From assembly GCA_964016885.1 (NCBI GenBank), contig OZ024742.1:144336001-144400000 (forward strand): 64,000 nucleotides of DNA. The letters run 5' to 3'. Shown piece after piece: positions 13,812-26,887 of this stretch. This DNA is from Eledone cirrhosa. Taxonomy: Eukaryota. How positions within the stretch are numbered: position 1 is the first letter of the stretch; every line of letters starts with the position of its first letter. The notes under the pieces are model-generated. The model was not told the origin of the DNA and did not search any database. It saw nothing but the letters and a program-made list of their open reading frames with translations. A program made the translations under genes and the position numbers.

Positions 13812-14070
13812 AAAGTTCTATTTAAATTGTTGGAATACAACAAGCAAATATTTTTATAACTGATATAAAGCACTCAACAAGTATTTGGAGTAAACATACA
13901 ATATTAACAAATGGAAACTATATTTATAAAACCATATTTATTTTATTATACATATTTCAAGGACACCACGTTAAATTATGGTGTGCTTTCATCAGACAAA
14001 ATACAATATAGATCAGTTTTATAAATAAATATTGACATACCCTTAAAAAATGCAACCATTACTGTTGGAA
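13809..14070 (-). mobile_element. Family A Penelope-like insert (single orientation)
   Basis: Homologous to the reverse complement of 1870-2108 and of 46920-47188; bounded by (TA)n. Confidence 0.8.
13939..14003 (-). ncRNA. Type I hammerhead ribozyme
   Basis: Minus strand: TATTTTGT-CTGATGA-AAGCACACCA..TGGTGTCCTT-GAAA-TATGTA-TA-ATAAAATA. Confidence 0.8.
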
Positions 14071-14115
14071 GCTCCCGATATATATATATACATATATATA
14101 TATATATCGGGAGCT

Positions 14116-14276
14116 TGTGTGTGTTTGCGAATGTGGAGCTAGAGTTGGAAGTAATAAAAACGGGATTACTTCAACATGTAAAAGTTGTATGTGTGTATAT
14201 ACATACATACACACATACAACTTTTACATGTTGAAGTAATCCCGTTTTTATTACTTCCAACTCTAGCCCCACATTC

Positions 14277-14289
<13 letters not shown>
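14116..14289. repeat. Palindromic fold-back bounded by (TG)n/(CA)n
   Basis: About 83-bp arms at 14116-14198 and 14207-14289, nearly perfect. Confidence 0.85.
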
Positions 14290-14307
<18 letters not shown>

Positions 14308-14435
14308 ACAATCGGCCAATACAATAATTACGACTGCATATTGTAGTTTCTAAGACCCCCACTCACAGTTCCTGACTAGCTGTTACTGTTCTGATTATAA
14401 TTATAAAGAGAATTAGTACTGGATATTGAGAAATG

Positions 14436-16850
14436 CCACAATTATCATATCCACCACCACCACCACCACCACCACTATCATACTTATCATTACCACCACC
14501 ACCACCATCATACTTATCATTACCACCACCACCATCATACTTATCATTACCACCACCACCATCATACTTATCATTACCACCACCACCACCACCATCATAC
14601 TTATCATTACCACCACCACCACCATCATACTTATCATTACCACAACCACCACCATCATCATACTTATCATTACCATCACCACCACCACCACCACCATCAT
14701 ACTTATCATTACCACTGCTTTCTACAACAATTATCATTACCACCACCACCACCACCACCACCATCATACTTATCATTACCACCACCACCACCACCATCAT
14801 ACTTATCATTACCACTGCCTCTACAACAATTATCATTACTGCTACCATTTTCACTTCACCACCACTACAGCAACTATAGCATCTACGCCCCCACCTTATC
14901 CATCACTACTACTATTAATATATCAATCTCCACCATCACCACCACCACCACTACCACTACTACTACTATCACAATCTCCACCACCACTACAACTACATCT
15001 AGCCCCACCATCATCACCACAGCTACTATTACTACTACCACCACCACCATTACTACTACTAATATCACAACCTCCACCACCACTACCACAGCTACTACTA
15101 CTACCACCACCACTACAACTACATCTAACCACAACCACTACCACAACAACCATCACCATCACCACCACCATTACAACTACATCTAACCACACAACCACTA
15201 CCACAGCTACTACTACTACTACTGCTTCTACTACTACTACTACTACCACAACAACCATCACCACCACCACTACAACTACATCTAACCACAGAACCACTAC
15301 CACAGCTACTACTACTACCACCGCAACCACAACAACCATCACCACTACCACTACAACTACATCTAACCACACAACCACTACCACAGCTACTACTACTACT
15401 ACTGCTTCTACTACTACTACCACAACAACCATCACCACCACCACTACAACTACATCTAACCACACAACCACTACCACAGCTACTACTACTACCACCGCAA
15501 CCACAACAACCATCACCACCACCACTACAACTACATCTAACCACACAACCACTACCACAGCTACTACTACTACTACTACCACCGCAACCACAACAACCAT
15601 CACCACCACCACTACAACTACATCTAACCACACAACCACTACCACAGCTACTACTACTACTACTACTACTACTACCACAACAACCATCACCACCACCACT
15701 ACAACTACATTTAACCACACAATCACTACCACAGCTACTACTACTACTGCTACTACTACCACCACCACAACCACAACAACCAACACCATCACCACTACAT
15801 CTACATCTAACCACACAACCACTACCACAGCTACTACTACTACTACTACTACTACTACCACAACAACCATCACCACCACCACTACAACTACATTTAACCA
15901 CACAATCACTACCACAGCTACTACTACTACTACTACTGCTACTACTACCACCACCACAACCACAACAACCATCACCATCACCATCACCACCACCACTACA
16001 ACTACATCTAACCACACAACCACAACAACCATCACCACCACCACTACAACTACATCTAACCACACAACCACTACCACAGCTGCTACTACTACTACCACCA
16101 CAACCACAACAGCCATCACCATCACCACCACCACCACAACTACATCTAACCACACAACCACTACCACAGCTACTACTACTACTACTGCTTCTACTACCAC
16201 AACAACCATCACCACCACCACTACAACTACATCTAACCACACAACCACTACCACAGCTACTACTACTACTACCACAACCACAACAACCATCACCACCACC
16301 ACTACAACTACATCTAACCACACAACCACTACCACAGCTACTACTACTACTACTACCACCACCACAACCATCACCATCACCACTACATCTACATCTAACC
16401 ACACAACCACTACCACAGCTACTACTACTACTACTACTACTACTACCACAACAACCATCACCACCACCACTACAACTACATTTAACCACACAATCACTAC
16501 CACAGCTACTACTACTACTACTACTGCTACTACTACCACCACCACAACCACAACAACCATCACCATCACCACCACCACTACAACTACATCTAACCACACA
16601 ACCACACAACCACAACAACCATCACCATCACCACCACCACTACAACTACATCTAACCACACAACCACTACCACAGCTGCTACTACTACTACCACCACAAC
16701 CACAACAGCCATCACCATCACCACCACCACCACAACTACATCTAACCACACAACCACTACTACCACCACCACCACCACCATTACTACTACTAATATCACA
16801 ACCTCCACCACCACTACCACAGCTACTACTACTACTAACACAACAACAAC
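14436..16850. repeat. Compound ACC/ACT trinucleotide-derived minisatellite
   Basis: Unit ATCATACTTATCATT(ACC)n at 14450-14830, then about 60-70-bp units containing ACAACTACATCTAACCACACAACCACTACCACAGCT at 15100-16760. Confidence 0.9.
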
Positions 16851-17214
16851 CACCGATTGAAAATAATTTTCCTCTGGGGGGTTTTCTATATTGAATACCC
16901 TATATTTTCCCTACATATAATAGGTAAGGAATCAAGACAACTTTCAGTAATGCTTCTCCAGGAAGGAGGGGGGGGGGGGGGCAGAGAAGGGTTAAATACT
17001 GAATGAAAACATAAGAAGGAGAGAGAGAGAAAAAAATGTAAGGAAATCAAAGCTAATAAATAAATATAAAGAAGAAAACATGAATGCTGCCAAGATAAGA
17101 GATTTTGTTTGGGGTGGGGAGAGGGTATGAATAATTGCTGACTATTAAGAAAGTCGATGGCTACTAAGGTATTTAATATCAATGAAACACATGCAAGTCT
17201 AGAAGGATTAAGCA

Positions 17215-17215
17215 T

Positions 17216-17305
<90 letters not shown>

Positions 17306-17445
17306 GGTAATAGTGGTGGTGGTAGTAGTAGTAGTAGTGGTGGTAGTAGTAGTGGTAATAGTGGTGGTGGTGGTAGTAGTAGTAGTAGTGGTGGTAGTAG
17401 TAGTGGTAATAGTGGTGGTAGTAGTAGTAGTGGCGGTGGTAGTGT
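17215..17445. repeat. (GAT)n/(GTA)n/(GTG)n microsatellite
   Basis: Direct inspection. Confidence 0.95.
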
Positions 17446-17555
17446 TGGAATTAACTAAAACTGCAAATTTAAAGGGAAAAAAGAAAATAGTGAAAAAATG
17501 AAATTGATGACGGACGTGATGGCGATGATGATGATGATCATCCTGCTGGTGCTAA

Positions 17556-17737
17556 ATAATTGTTTCTACTTTAGGCACAAGGCCAGCAATTACCCAGTGC
17601 ATTACTGGTACTTTATTTTATCGACCCCGTAAGGATGAAAGGCAAAGTTAACCTTGGCGGGATTTGAACTCAGATCGTAAAGGGACGTAACTATGCTGGA
17701 AGGCATGGCGTCCGACCCTCTACTGATACTGCCAACT
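17556..17737 (-). mobile_element. SINE S1
   Basis: Near full-length reverse-complement match to 31801-31990. Confidence 0.9.
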
Positions 17738-17956
17738 AATTAATGGTGGTGTTCCACTATTGTAAAACTTCTTTTAAATTTTACCCCATTGATGACGTGG
17801 AAATGAGATGAATCAGATTCATTTATGGTAGACGGTAGAAGCTTCCAGTCCCTACATATGTTGTGTCAATAAAAGTATGGGACCAATGCAATCGACTTGC
17901 CTCTCTCCCGCAAGTTGCTGGACTTCTACCTAATTCAGAAAACACTATAAAGCATA

Positions 17957-18550
17957 CGACGGACACCATGCTTTGCGGCACATAATTACGTCCCTTTATG
18001 TTCTGAGTTCAAATCCCACCGAGGTTAGCTTTGCCTTTCATCCTCACGGGGTTGATAAAAGATAAAATAAAGCATCAATAACACACTGGGGCCGATTTTA
18101 TTCGACTTTCTCCTTCCCTGCAAATTTCTGGCCTTGTGTAGAAATTATTATAAAAGCTAGTGGGATGGCCGAAGTAGCAGAGCGTTGGGTAAAGTGCCTT
18201 GCGGTATTTGTTCTGGTTCGATACCTTCTGAGTTGAAGGCCACTGAGGTAAACTTAAATTTTTTGTCTACCCAAAGGAAATTCCTAGCTTTGTGCCTCTC
18301 TCAGAAACCCTAATTATTGTTAGTATCAGAAACCCTAATTATTGTTAGTATCAGAAACCCTAATTATTGTTAGTATCAGAAACCCTAATTATTGTTAGTA
18401 TCACTATCTTTACGTTCTGAGTTCAAATCTCGCCGAGGTTAGCATTGTCTTTCATCATTACTGCGTACCAGTAACACGCTGGGGTTTATTTAATCGGCTT
18501 TCCCTATCCTTTCCAATTGCTGGCCTTGTGCTAAAAGTAGAGACAATTAT
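17957..18550 (+). mobile_element. Cluster of S1-related SINE copies with an internal 25-bp x4 tandem repeat
   Basis: B-box/central-domain copies at about 18001, 18225 and 18415. TCAGAAACCCTAATTATTGTTAGTA is repeated four times at 18301-18400. Confidence 0.75.
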
Positions 18551-19818
18551 CTGAAAAAGCCTGTAAAGATTGTCTGTGAAATAAATGCCAAACTGAAATG
18601 GAAGACATGACTGAGCATCTGAGGAAGGGAAAACTAACTACTACCACCACCACCACCACCACCATCATCAATCTAAATACCTGAAACTTCTTTACAACAA
18701 TCATTATCTATAGTTGGTCTGATAATTTATCATCACACTATTATAAATATCACTTCTAACATCTTCATCATCATCATCATCATCATTATTATTGTAATGG
18801 TGATCATGATGATTTTCTATCATCAATAGATTCATAATCCTACCACGACACACCAGCAATGACAAGTAGCATTACAATGATATTTTTATAGTCTTTTTTT
18901 TTTATGTTGACGACATCGTCATCACCATCAATGTTTTTTTTTTAGTCTTCGATCTAGTTTATCTTAATTGGTAACATCTCTAAAGAATTTCTTGGCAAGA
19001 AAGAAGAGAAGGTATGTATCCGCGCGTACGAGACTAGTTACAAAAACAAATGAAGATAATGCAATATAAATAAGATAGCTAGTCTATGATAAAACAAAAA
19101 GAATATATATATATATTAGTGAGTGAAATCTAGTATATGGAAACTGCATCGAAGCCATAGTATATATATAGTATAGTGAATTTCGTAAAACAAAATGTAT
19201 GCCCAGAGTTAAAATCATAGAGGTATATATGAAAGCAAATACGATATGTTTATGTGTAATATACATATGAGAGTCCCGCTATGGATCTTTTTAAAAACTG
19301 TGATCATGTCAAAGCTATCTCAGTTGCGGTGAGAATGACAGACAGGGGTTTAGGATTTTTATCCGTCATCATTGATACTTACTCAGTCGTTACTAAAACA
19401 AAAATAGGCTAAACTCTATATGGCTTTTGCATAGGAAACATCGGTCGGGGATGCTCATTTGTACGTAGTGCGAACAAACTGGTTAAAATGAGGTGGCACT
19501 AACATAGCTTGGTTCATCTTTGGGACGTATATAAATGCATATACAATATGATTAAATGTAATAAACATTTGAGTTTCGTTATGGATATTTTTAAAAATCA
19601 GGGATCATGTGTCACAGTTCTCTCAGTGGCGGTAAGAATGCCAGACAGCTGAGTAAGACTTTTATATAGAGTGTCATCAAATGCTTAGAAGAACATACTT
19701 TTGTAAAGTTGGGGTAAAAACTGAGACATTCCAGTCGGGAACACGCCATTTTTGTGTAATCTGAACTTCATTGTTTAATATGTCCTACCTTTTTTTAAAG
19801 ACGGTATGGTTTGACCAT

Positions 19819-20132
19819 AGGCGGCGAATTCGCAGAGTCGTTAGAACGTCGAACAGAATGCTTTGCGGAATTCGTTTTGGCTCTCTACCCTCTGAGTTCA
19901 AATCTCGCCGCGGTCAACTTTGCCTTTCATCCATTCGAGATTGATAAAAAAAAAAAAAAAGTATCTGTCAAGTGCTGGAGTCTCGTTCTTTTTTCCATTC
20001 TCTCACTCTCTATCGTCTGGAAGAAAACTGCTGCATTCGGAGAGAAGATGGGCTCCGCCAGGTTTTAAAATGCCCTAGAAACGCCGTATGTCAATATGGT
20101 GCCCCTACGATTCCCTCAGGAGTTACGGGCCC
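19819..20132 (+). mobile_element. Composite element: S1-related SINE plus a second module
   Basis: SINE head/central domain followed by GAAGATGGGCTCCGCCAGG..GCCGTATGTCAATATGGTGCCCCTACGA. Same arrangement at 20798-21120 and 27922-28190. Confidence 0.65.
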
Positions 20133-20797
20133 ATGCGTGTATGGTTTGACTGCTATTTCTAGTAGATCAAAGAACACGTAGAGGCTCCTTTACTGGCTCG
20201 TATAAGACATAGTTCTCGGCAATAGCACATAGAAGACGAACTCTAAACTGATGATGTACGTTATGTGCAAAAGAGAGAATTTAGCCATTATGCTGAAATA
20301 CTTTGAGTTTGTATTCATTAAATATAAAAGGAAATCAAGATAAAATTAAAAAATAAAAACATCATAAATTGATATCTTTGAAGAAGAAACAACACGTGTT
20401 TAATTTTCCTTATCTTAAGACAAAACAGACTTTTTGCTAAGGTGAAAGACGATGACAAAGAGATGGGAGGCCGACAATCGCAATAATAATATTGCTTTAG
20501 GAATAGATTACATAGTTAATCTTTAGAGTTTCTGAAACGTAAGCAACAGAAAGTAAAAAGAAAAGCTCTAATTAGTCTGTAGGCTGCTGAAGCCTTTTCA
20601 ATTATGAGAAAATAAACGAGCGCTTACAAGTTGAAGAGCTTGGTCTATATAGGGCTTCGCTTAAAAATCCCTTTGAATCAATGTTTATATCTTTACGTTG
20701 AAATCATGAAATTGACAATGGCACTTAGGTTATTGTTGTTTAGAAAAGTTAAATTCTATTGGTGTCATGTTTTTTCCCAGAGCTATTGATATGAATA

Positions 20798-21120
20798 CGG
20801 TGGCAAAATGGCTGAGTCGTTAGAACGCCGGATAGAAGGCTTTGTATTATTCGTAGCAGCTCCCCGCTCTCCGAGTTCAAATCCCGTCGAGGTCAACGTT
20901 GCCTTTCATCCATTCGAGATTGATTAAAAAGTACCAGTCTAGTACTGGGGTTGATTCTTCATCTATATCTCTTTCTCACATTCTCTTCATTTTTTATCCT
21001 TCTCTAGGCGAAATCTCCTGTAGTCAGGCATGGAAAGAGATGGGCACCGACAGGCTTAAAATACCCAAGAAATGCCGTATGTCAATATGGCACCCCTACG
21101 ACTCTATCAGGAGTTACAGG
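20798..21120 (+). mobile_element. Composite SINE plus module (copy 2)
   Basis: Homologous to 19819-20132. Confidence 0.65.
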
Positions 21121-21819
21121 AGAGAAAAAAAAAATTGATATGAACTCTTAACACCCTGTAATGATTTTGTAGAAAATATCTATGAATGGATTAGTTAACT
21201 CAAATATTTGTAGTATCTTTACAAGTAAACATACTGTTGTGCAGTGTGAGTAAACTAACAACTTTAGCTTTTATTGTGATGCAGTCATAATGCTGTTTTA
21301 TACTTCTTAAGAATGCGTTGCTGATGTGGTTCCATGTTGTACACGACGTTAAGAGTTAATGAGGCAAAATGCTCCATTACTCTAAAATATATCCTTGACT
21401 GGTTCCATGTTATATATGAGCATGGCATATATGCATTTGAGTGTGTGTGCGTGTGCGTGTGCGCGCCGTGCCTGTATGTTCGCACACGTACGTGTGTGCC
21501 TCAGTCGTGAACTTGAATTGTATGAATCATCATTACTGGCTAAAAGTATCAAAGGACTCAATTATATATGTCTATATGTCCAATTTTTAAGAAGAAAGAC
21601 TTAGAATACAAAGAAATTATTTCTCAATGACAATAGATAGGTGATTTATAAAAGAAAACCAAATATAATAATTATAAATAAGCACATTTTCTCGCAGGAT
21701 ATTCCGAGGAAAATATAAAAGTTTTATTATTTCATACCTTCATTTTATGTTATTGTTGTTATCAATATTATTACCATTGATAATATCTTCATCAACATCA
21801 TCATCATCGCTATCCACAC

Positions 21820-21870
21820 CGTTATTATTATTAATACTACCATTATTATTATTATTATTATTATTATTGC

Positions 21871-21942
<72 letters not shown>
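21820..21942. repeat. (ATT)n microsatellite
   Basis: Direct inspection. Confidence 0.95.
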
Positions 21943-21945
<3 letters not shown>

Positions 21946-23661
21946 CATCACCGGGTTTTAAATACATAGGTCATCATAGAAGCTAAAGTTGAACTTTTTG
22001 TAGTTCTGGTTCTGAATATATAAACTTCTTTAAACTATTGTTTGCTACGAAAAGATTTTCAATTTCTTCCTTTTCTTTTTGTTTTTAATGGTATAAGTTA
22101 TTTTCTTCTTTTCGTTTTCGTTTGATTCAGACATTCCTTACACAAAGCTAGTTTACACATATTTGTCCAATTCTGTTTATTACATCATTGTTATTGTTGC
22201 TGCTGGCAGGTATTTCATAGAAGACAACGGGTTGAGAGAAATCTTTTATTGTTAAGGTTAACTAGAGAGAGAGAGAGAGACAGTGAGGGAAAATGAGAAG
22301 AGATACTATAATTATGGAAGTAAATAAGCAGAACAAAATGCTGTATTGGAATACTGACAATAACAATACTGGTAACCCAAATTTGTCTCAAGGCTAAAAA
22401 TACAAAGAGTTTTCTTTACCATATTTCTTTTAATATATTTGTATCAGATTTTTCCCCTTCATTCATTTCCTTTCACATCGTTCTTTCTTTTTTTCTGTAT
22501 TTATTTCTAATCAAATATTCCACACACACGCTAAATAATGAAATAAAATAAAAATACATCCAAATGAAAAGAAATAAAGTGAAGGAAACTGACGGTGGGT
22601 GACTGATGAATTTGACAAACTCGTGTCGTCGTCACAAGACGAGTTGAATGATAAACTAGGGCATATTGATTCATTTTATCTTGGAGATTTTTGCTTTGAA
22701 AGTCGGCATTTAATTTCCTTAAACATATGCTGACAAAAACGGAAAACGAAATGCAACTATTAAAAGATAAAGGCAAAACACCTGAAAGAAAACAATGCTT
22801 GGCAGCCCTTTTATTTGATGTGGAGAAATTAAAGAAATTAAATTCTGTTCTGTCTGATTGAAAAAGAAAACGTACACCCCTACCACACTCTTTCCCACCA
22901 CCCACTTACTAAAATGTAAAGACATTTTGTCAATGATATTACTAAAATCATTGTGATGGTTGCTGCCAAGGTCATGTAATCTGTCATATGTTAGACAGCT
23001 TCAACCATGAATCATTAGTTTCAATAAAAATTACTAATACTAATAAAAATAAAGTTGATACAAACAAAGATATTAAGCTATCTAAAATAACACATTTTGA
23101 TTGGATAATAACAAATCCTCAAATTTCTGATTATGACAATGAAACAAGAAGAAAAAAATACGAAACTAAAATAAACAAATAAATATAAAAAATAGAAAAT
23201 AGATTTTAAAAGTAAAAAAAATATAACAAAGATGTAGTAACATATATAAATGACTTTTCATGTCACTGACTGATAAGCCACTACCACCACCCACTTCAAG
23301 ATACATATTCATAGTAAAGTATGCTTGGCAAATAAAAAACTTTAGATGCCAATAATAAGAAGAGGAGACCTGAGAACACCCTTGATCAGAAATGTATAAA
23401 TCTTACACACACATATATTGAGGAAATTGAAGGTACAGTTTTTCACAATGTCGAGTTTCATCTCAATTGAGAATCAACTTTTTATCTTATGACTCTTAAC
23501 TGATTGTTATCTGGTGATCATAGTAGTGCATCAGTAAGAAAGAATTCAATTGTTGAAAACGGGAAATTGTATAATTAGGTTTATTTATATGCCCACAATG
23601 TGTGCATTCGATATTTGCTAAAATGCGGTGGACATGTTGAAAGAATATATATATATATATA

Positions 23662-24073
23662 TAAAAATGAGGTAAATATCTCACTGAGTACTAAGTACCC
23701 ATAGAGATATATAGGGTGTCTATAATATAATTGTTGTTCTATGGTACTAATTCGAGATACCAGAACTATAAAAATTGATGAGCAGAACAAACAAACATTG
23801 AACAATCCTTTAAATAAATTTTAAAATGATTTAAATATCTACCTGTTCATAATGCTATTACCGGCGGTTTCCATCTACAAAAGTGGGACGTATGTCCTAT
23901 AGAAAGGAAATAGCTATCTGATGAAATCCGCTTTCCGTTGGAAATTCTCTGAATTTCTAATATTTTGTAAATGGAAACCGCCGGTAATAGCATTATGAAG
24001 AGGTAGATATTTAAATCATTTTTTTATTTATTTAAAGGATTGTTTAATGTTTGTTTGTTCTGCTCATCAATTT
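23662..24073. mobile_element. Fold-back Penelope-like insert in (TA)n
   Basis: Diverged arms at 23771-23882 and 23963-24073, a unique extension on the left, and (TA)n on both sides. Confidence 0.75.
23913..23991 (+). ncRNA. Type I hammerhead ribozyme (stem II base decayed)
   Basis: GCTAT-CTGATGA-[..TTGGAAATTC-TCT-GAATTTCTAA..]-GAAA-CCGCCGG-TA-ATAGC. Confidence 0.7.
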
Positions 24074-24165
24074 ATATATATATATATATATATATATACA
24101 GTTCAAGGAGACAACAAACAGAGGTACAAAAAGTTTCACGCTTTATATTGGAACGACTAAAGAAA

Positions 24166-24201
24166 GTTCAACGTGTCAGACTTAAGCCCTTCTTCAGGAG
24201 T
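24166..24201 (-). ncRNA. Degenerate hammerhead-like motif
   Basis: Minus strand: CTC-CTGAAGAA-GGGC-TTAA-GTCT-GACA-CG-TT-GAA. GAAA is mutated to GACA. Lies in a (TA)n-bounded insert at 24099-24246. Confidence 0.4.
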
Positions 24202-25310
24202 ACAAATAGAGACAGAATCACAATGGAGAAACAGAAAAAAGGTCCATATATATATTTTTTTCTTACAACATAACTACGATGTTTCAGCAAAACTATGTTG
24301 TAAGAAAATTAATAAATTAACTACCGATAGTAAGAATCCACCGCTCGTACATCAGAGCATAATACTGTAGAAATATTCATTTTCTCATCGTAACATTTAT
24401 GTTCAGGATAACATTCTGATTCACAAATGTTGTGCTGTTTTCTGTGACAAACTAAGGTCGAATTTTACATAGGATACATGGAAATACCCAAATATGTGTT
24501 GACGTTTACATGGGATTAACTTTTCAGAATATATTACGGTATATATATAGCTCCAACCAAGCTGGTTTGTAACAACCTGTTCAACCTTTCCTAGTAAGGA
24601 AATCGAACGTTTGGTGATGATGATGATGATGATGATGATTTTGTCTGTCGTCCTATTTCGTTTTCTCCTATAAAAATTCTTTCTTCCGTATTTTCCTTTC
24701 AGATGAAAGACTAACATCCGAAACGCGATAGTTTTATTCTTTCCTTGTAATGAATTGTGCATTGATTTCTAGCGACTTATTACACACACACACACACACA
24801 CACTCACACACAAACACCCACTCACACTAGTACGTATTAACACAGAAGTCTGTTTAGTTCACTTTCTGTTTTGCTTAGTGGTTTTGTATGTGGGTTGGGT
24901 AACTTATCTAGTCCATTTCTGATAATTTCTCTGCTAAATCCTCCTTCCTACAGGTCAGCCTGAACAGGCTTCTTTCTTCTTTGTATGTTACATTATTTCA
25001 AGCTGTCTTTTTATAGGTTAATTACAACGTGTTTACACAATTCTATATCTAGCTTGAGAAAAAAGTGGTTGTAGCAAAAGGTGGATGGATGTGTTAAGTG
25101 TTGAAAGGGAAAGCAAATGAGATTAAGTGATTTTTAGTTATCTCTATAGAGAACTGGCAAGCACAAATACACACACATACATACACATACTCACAAGAGT
25201 GTGCGCATATCTATACACGCACTTTATCTATGTCACACCCACAAAGATACATAATTCAATTCTCTTATATTTGATCTCTATATCTATCTATATCTACATA
25301 CTGATTTAAA

Positions 25311-25539
25311 TAACAAAGGAATTGTGGTAAGGAACCAGGTGGACCATAACGCACCAGAGTACTCAATACTTAGGGTAGTAGAGTGGGAAATAAGAAAAGG
25401 TATGACCCCGACGGCAGAGCTCAAGCCGTTTCGACGGCTATTTCTGGACTAAATTAGAATTTAGAAATTCTAATTTAGTCCAGAAATAGCCGTCGAAACG
25501 GCTTGAGCTCTGACGTCGGGGGTCATACTTTTTCTTATT
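25311..25539 (-). mobile_element. Family B fold-back insert
   Basis: Arms at about 25389-25462 and 25465-25539; the tail at 25311-25388 matches the reverse complement of 13415-13493. Confidence 0.8.
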
Positions 25540-25914
25540 ACTGATTTAAATATATATATATACAGATATACAACATAGATACACATATACAAAAAACAAA
25601 ACAAAAACAATGGAAACATATATGTCTGTATAATCCAGCAAATTATTCTCACCAACAAACTGTTTTAAAATGTAAATAGTGTTTTTGAAATACCACACAC
25701 CGCCTAGTCTAACATCCACATAACATTAACAACACCAACACCACATTATCAAAGCTAGCAACATCACCTACGTCAACGCCAACATCAATACTACATTATC
25801 AACACCAACAACCTCACTTAAACCAAATGGCACCTGATATTTCTCAGTCACTTATCTGTTTATAACCTCAGGCTTTTATGGCATTATCACAAGGATAATA
25901 TTCAATGAGATTAT

Positions 25915-25959
25915 TGTAGTAGTAGTAGTAGTAGTAGTAGTAGTTGTTGTTGTGGGGGC

Positions 25960-26013
<54 letters not shown>

Positions 26014-26061
26014 TGTGGGGGCAGTAATAGTAGTAGTAGTAGTACGGACAGCAGCAGCAGC

Positions 26062-26092
<31 letters not shown>
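25915..26092. repeat. (GTA)n microsatellite with interruptions
   Basis: Direct inspection. Confidence 0.95.
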
Positions 26093-26255
26093 TGAATGTT
26101 TCTTTCCCACATAGATAGACATGAAGGCGGAGTTAATTAGAGGAAGGGGGATATTAAGATGCTCATGTGGTTTCTGAATGTAACAAGTGAGTTGAAATGA
26201 TTCCGATAGAAAACCCTAAAATAGCAACAGTGCGGAATAATAATAATGATGATGA

Positions 26256-26887
26256 GATTTCTAATTTAGGCACAAGGCCGGCAATTTCTGAGGGAGGTGA
26301 ATGTTGATTATACTGATCTCAGTATCTCAATGTTATTTTATTTTATCGAACCCGTAAGAATGAAAGGCAAAGTTGACCTCCACGGGATTTGAACTCAGAA
26401 TATAAATATAAAGTGTCGTAATAAAATGTCGTAAGTTATTTTTTCCGATGCTCTAACGATTCAGCCAACAGAATATTTTAGGCTTTAGTTTAAAAGCGTT
26501 AAAAAGAAGAAAAAAATAATTGTTTCTACTTTTGGCACCTGGCCAGCAATTATCCCAGTGTATTACTGGTACTTTATTTTATCGACCCCGTAAGGATGAA
26601 AGGCAAAGTTAACCTCGGCGGGATTTGAACTCAGATCATAAAGGGAGGTAACTCTATGCTTCAAAGCATGGCGCCCGACACTCTACCAATACTGCCAAAA
26701 AATAATTGTTTCTACTTTAGGCACAAGGCCAGCAATTACCCAGTACATTACTGGTACTTTATTTTATCGACCCCGTAAGGATGAAAGGCAAAGTCAACCT
26801 CGGCGGGATTTGAACTCAGATCGTAAAGGGACATAACTATGCTGGAAAGCATGGCGTCCGACCCTCTACCGATACTGCCAATCCACC
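26256..26887 (-). mobile_element. Three head-to-tail S1-family SINEs
   Basis: Copies at about 26256-26470 (older variant), 26516-26697 and 26701-26887. Confidence 0.9.

Noticed and set aside
14923-16749. 608-aa poly-Val and 497-aa Cys/Gly/Ser ORFs on the minus strand
   Set aside because: Antisense readings of the ACC/ACT minisatellite; the keratin-associated-protein-like look is a low-complexity artefact.
18301-18400. 25-bp x4 repeat as a CRISPR-like array
   Set aside because: No spacers, eukaryotic context, and derived from a SINE tail by tandem duplication.
22600-22650. CTGATGA followed by an AACTCGT/ACGAGTT hairpin
   Set aside because: No GAAA, stem III or stem I in register.
24695-24732. 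CAGATGA..TCC-GAAA-CGCG-ATA hammerhead-like motif
   Set aside because: Core is mutated (CAGA), and stems I and II do not pair convincingly.
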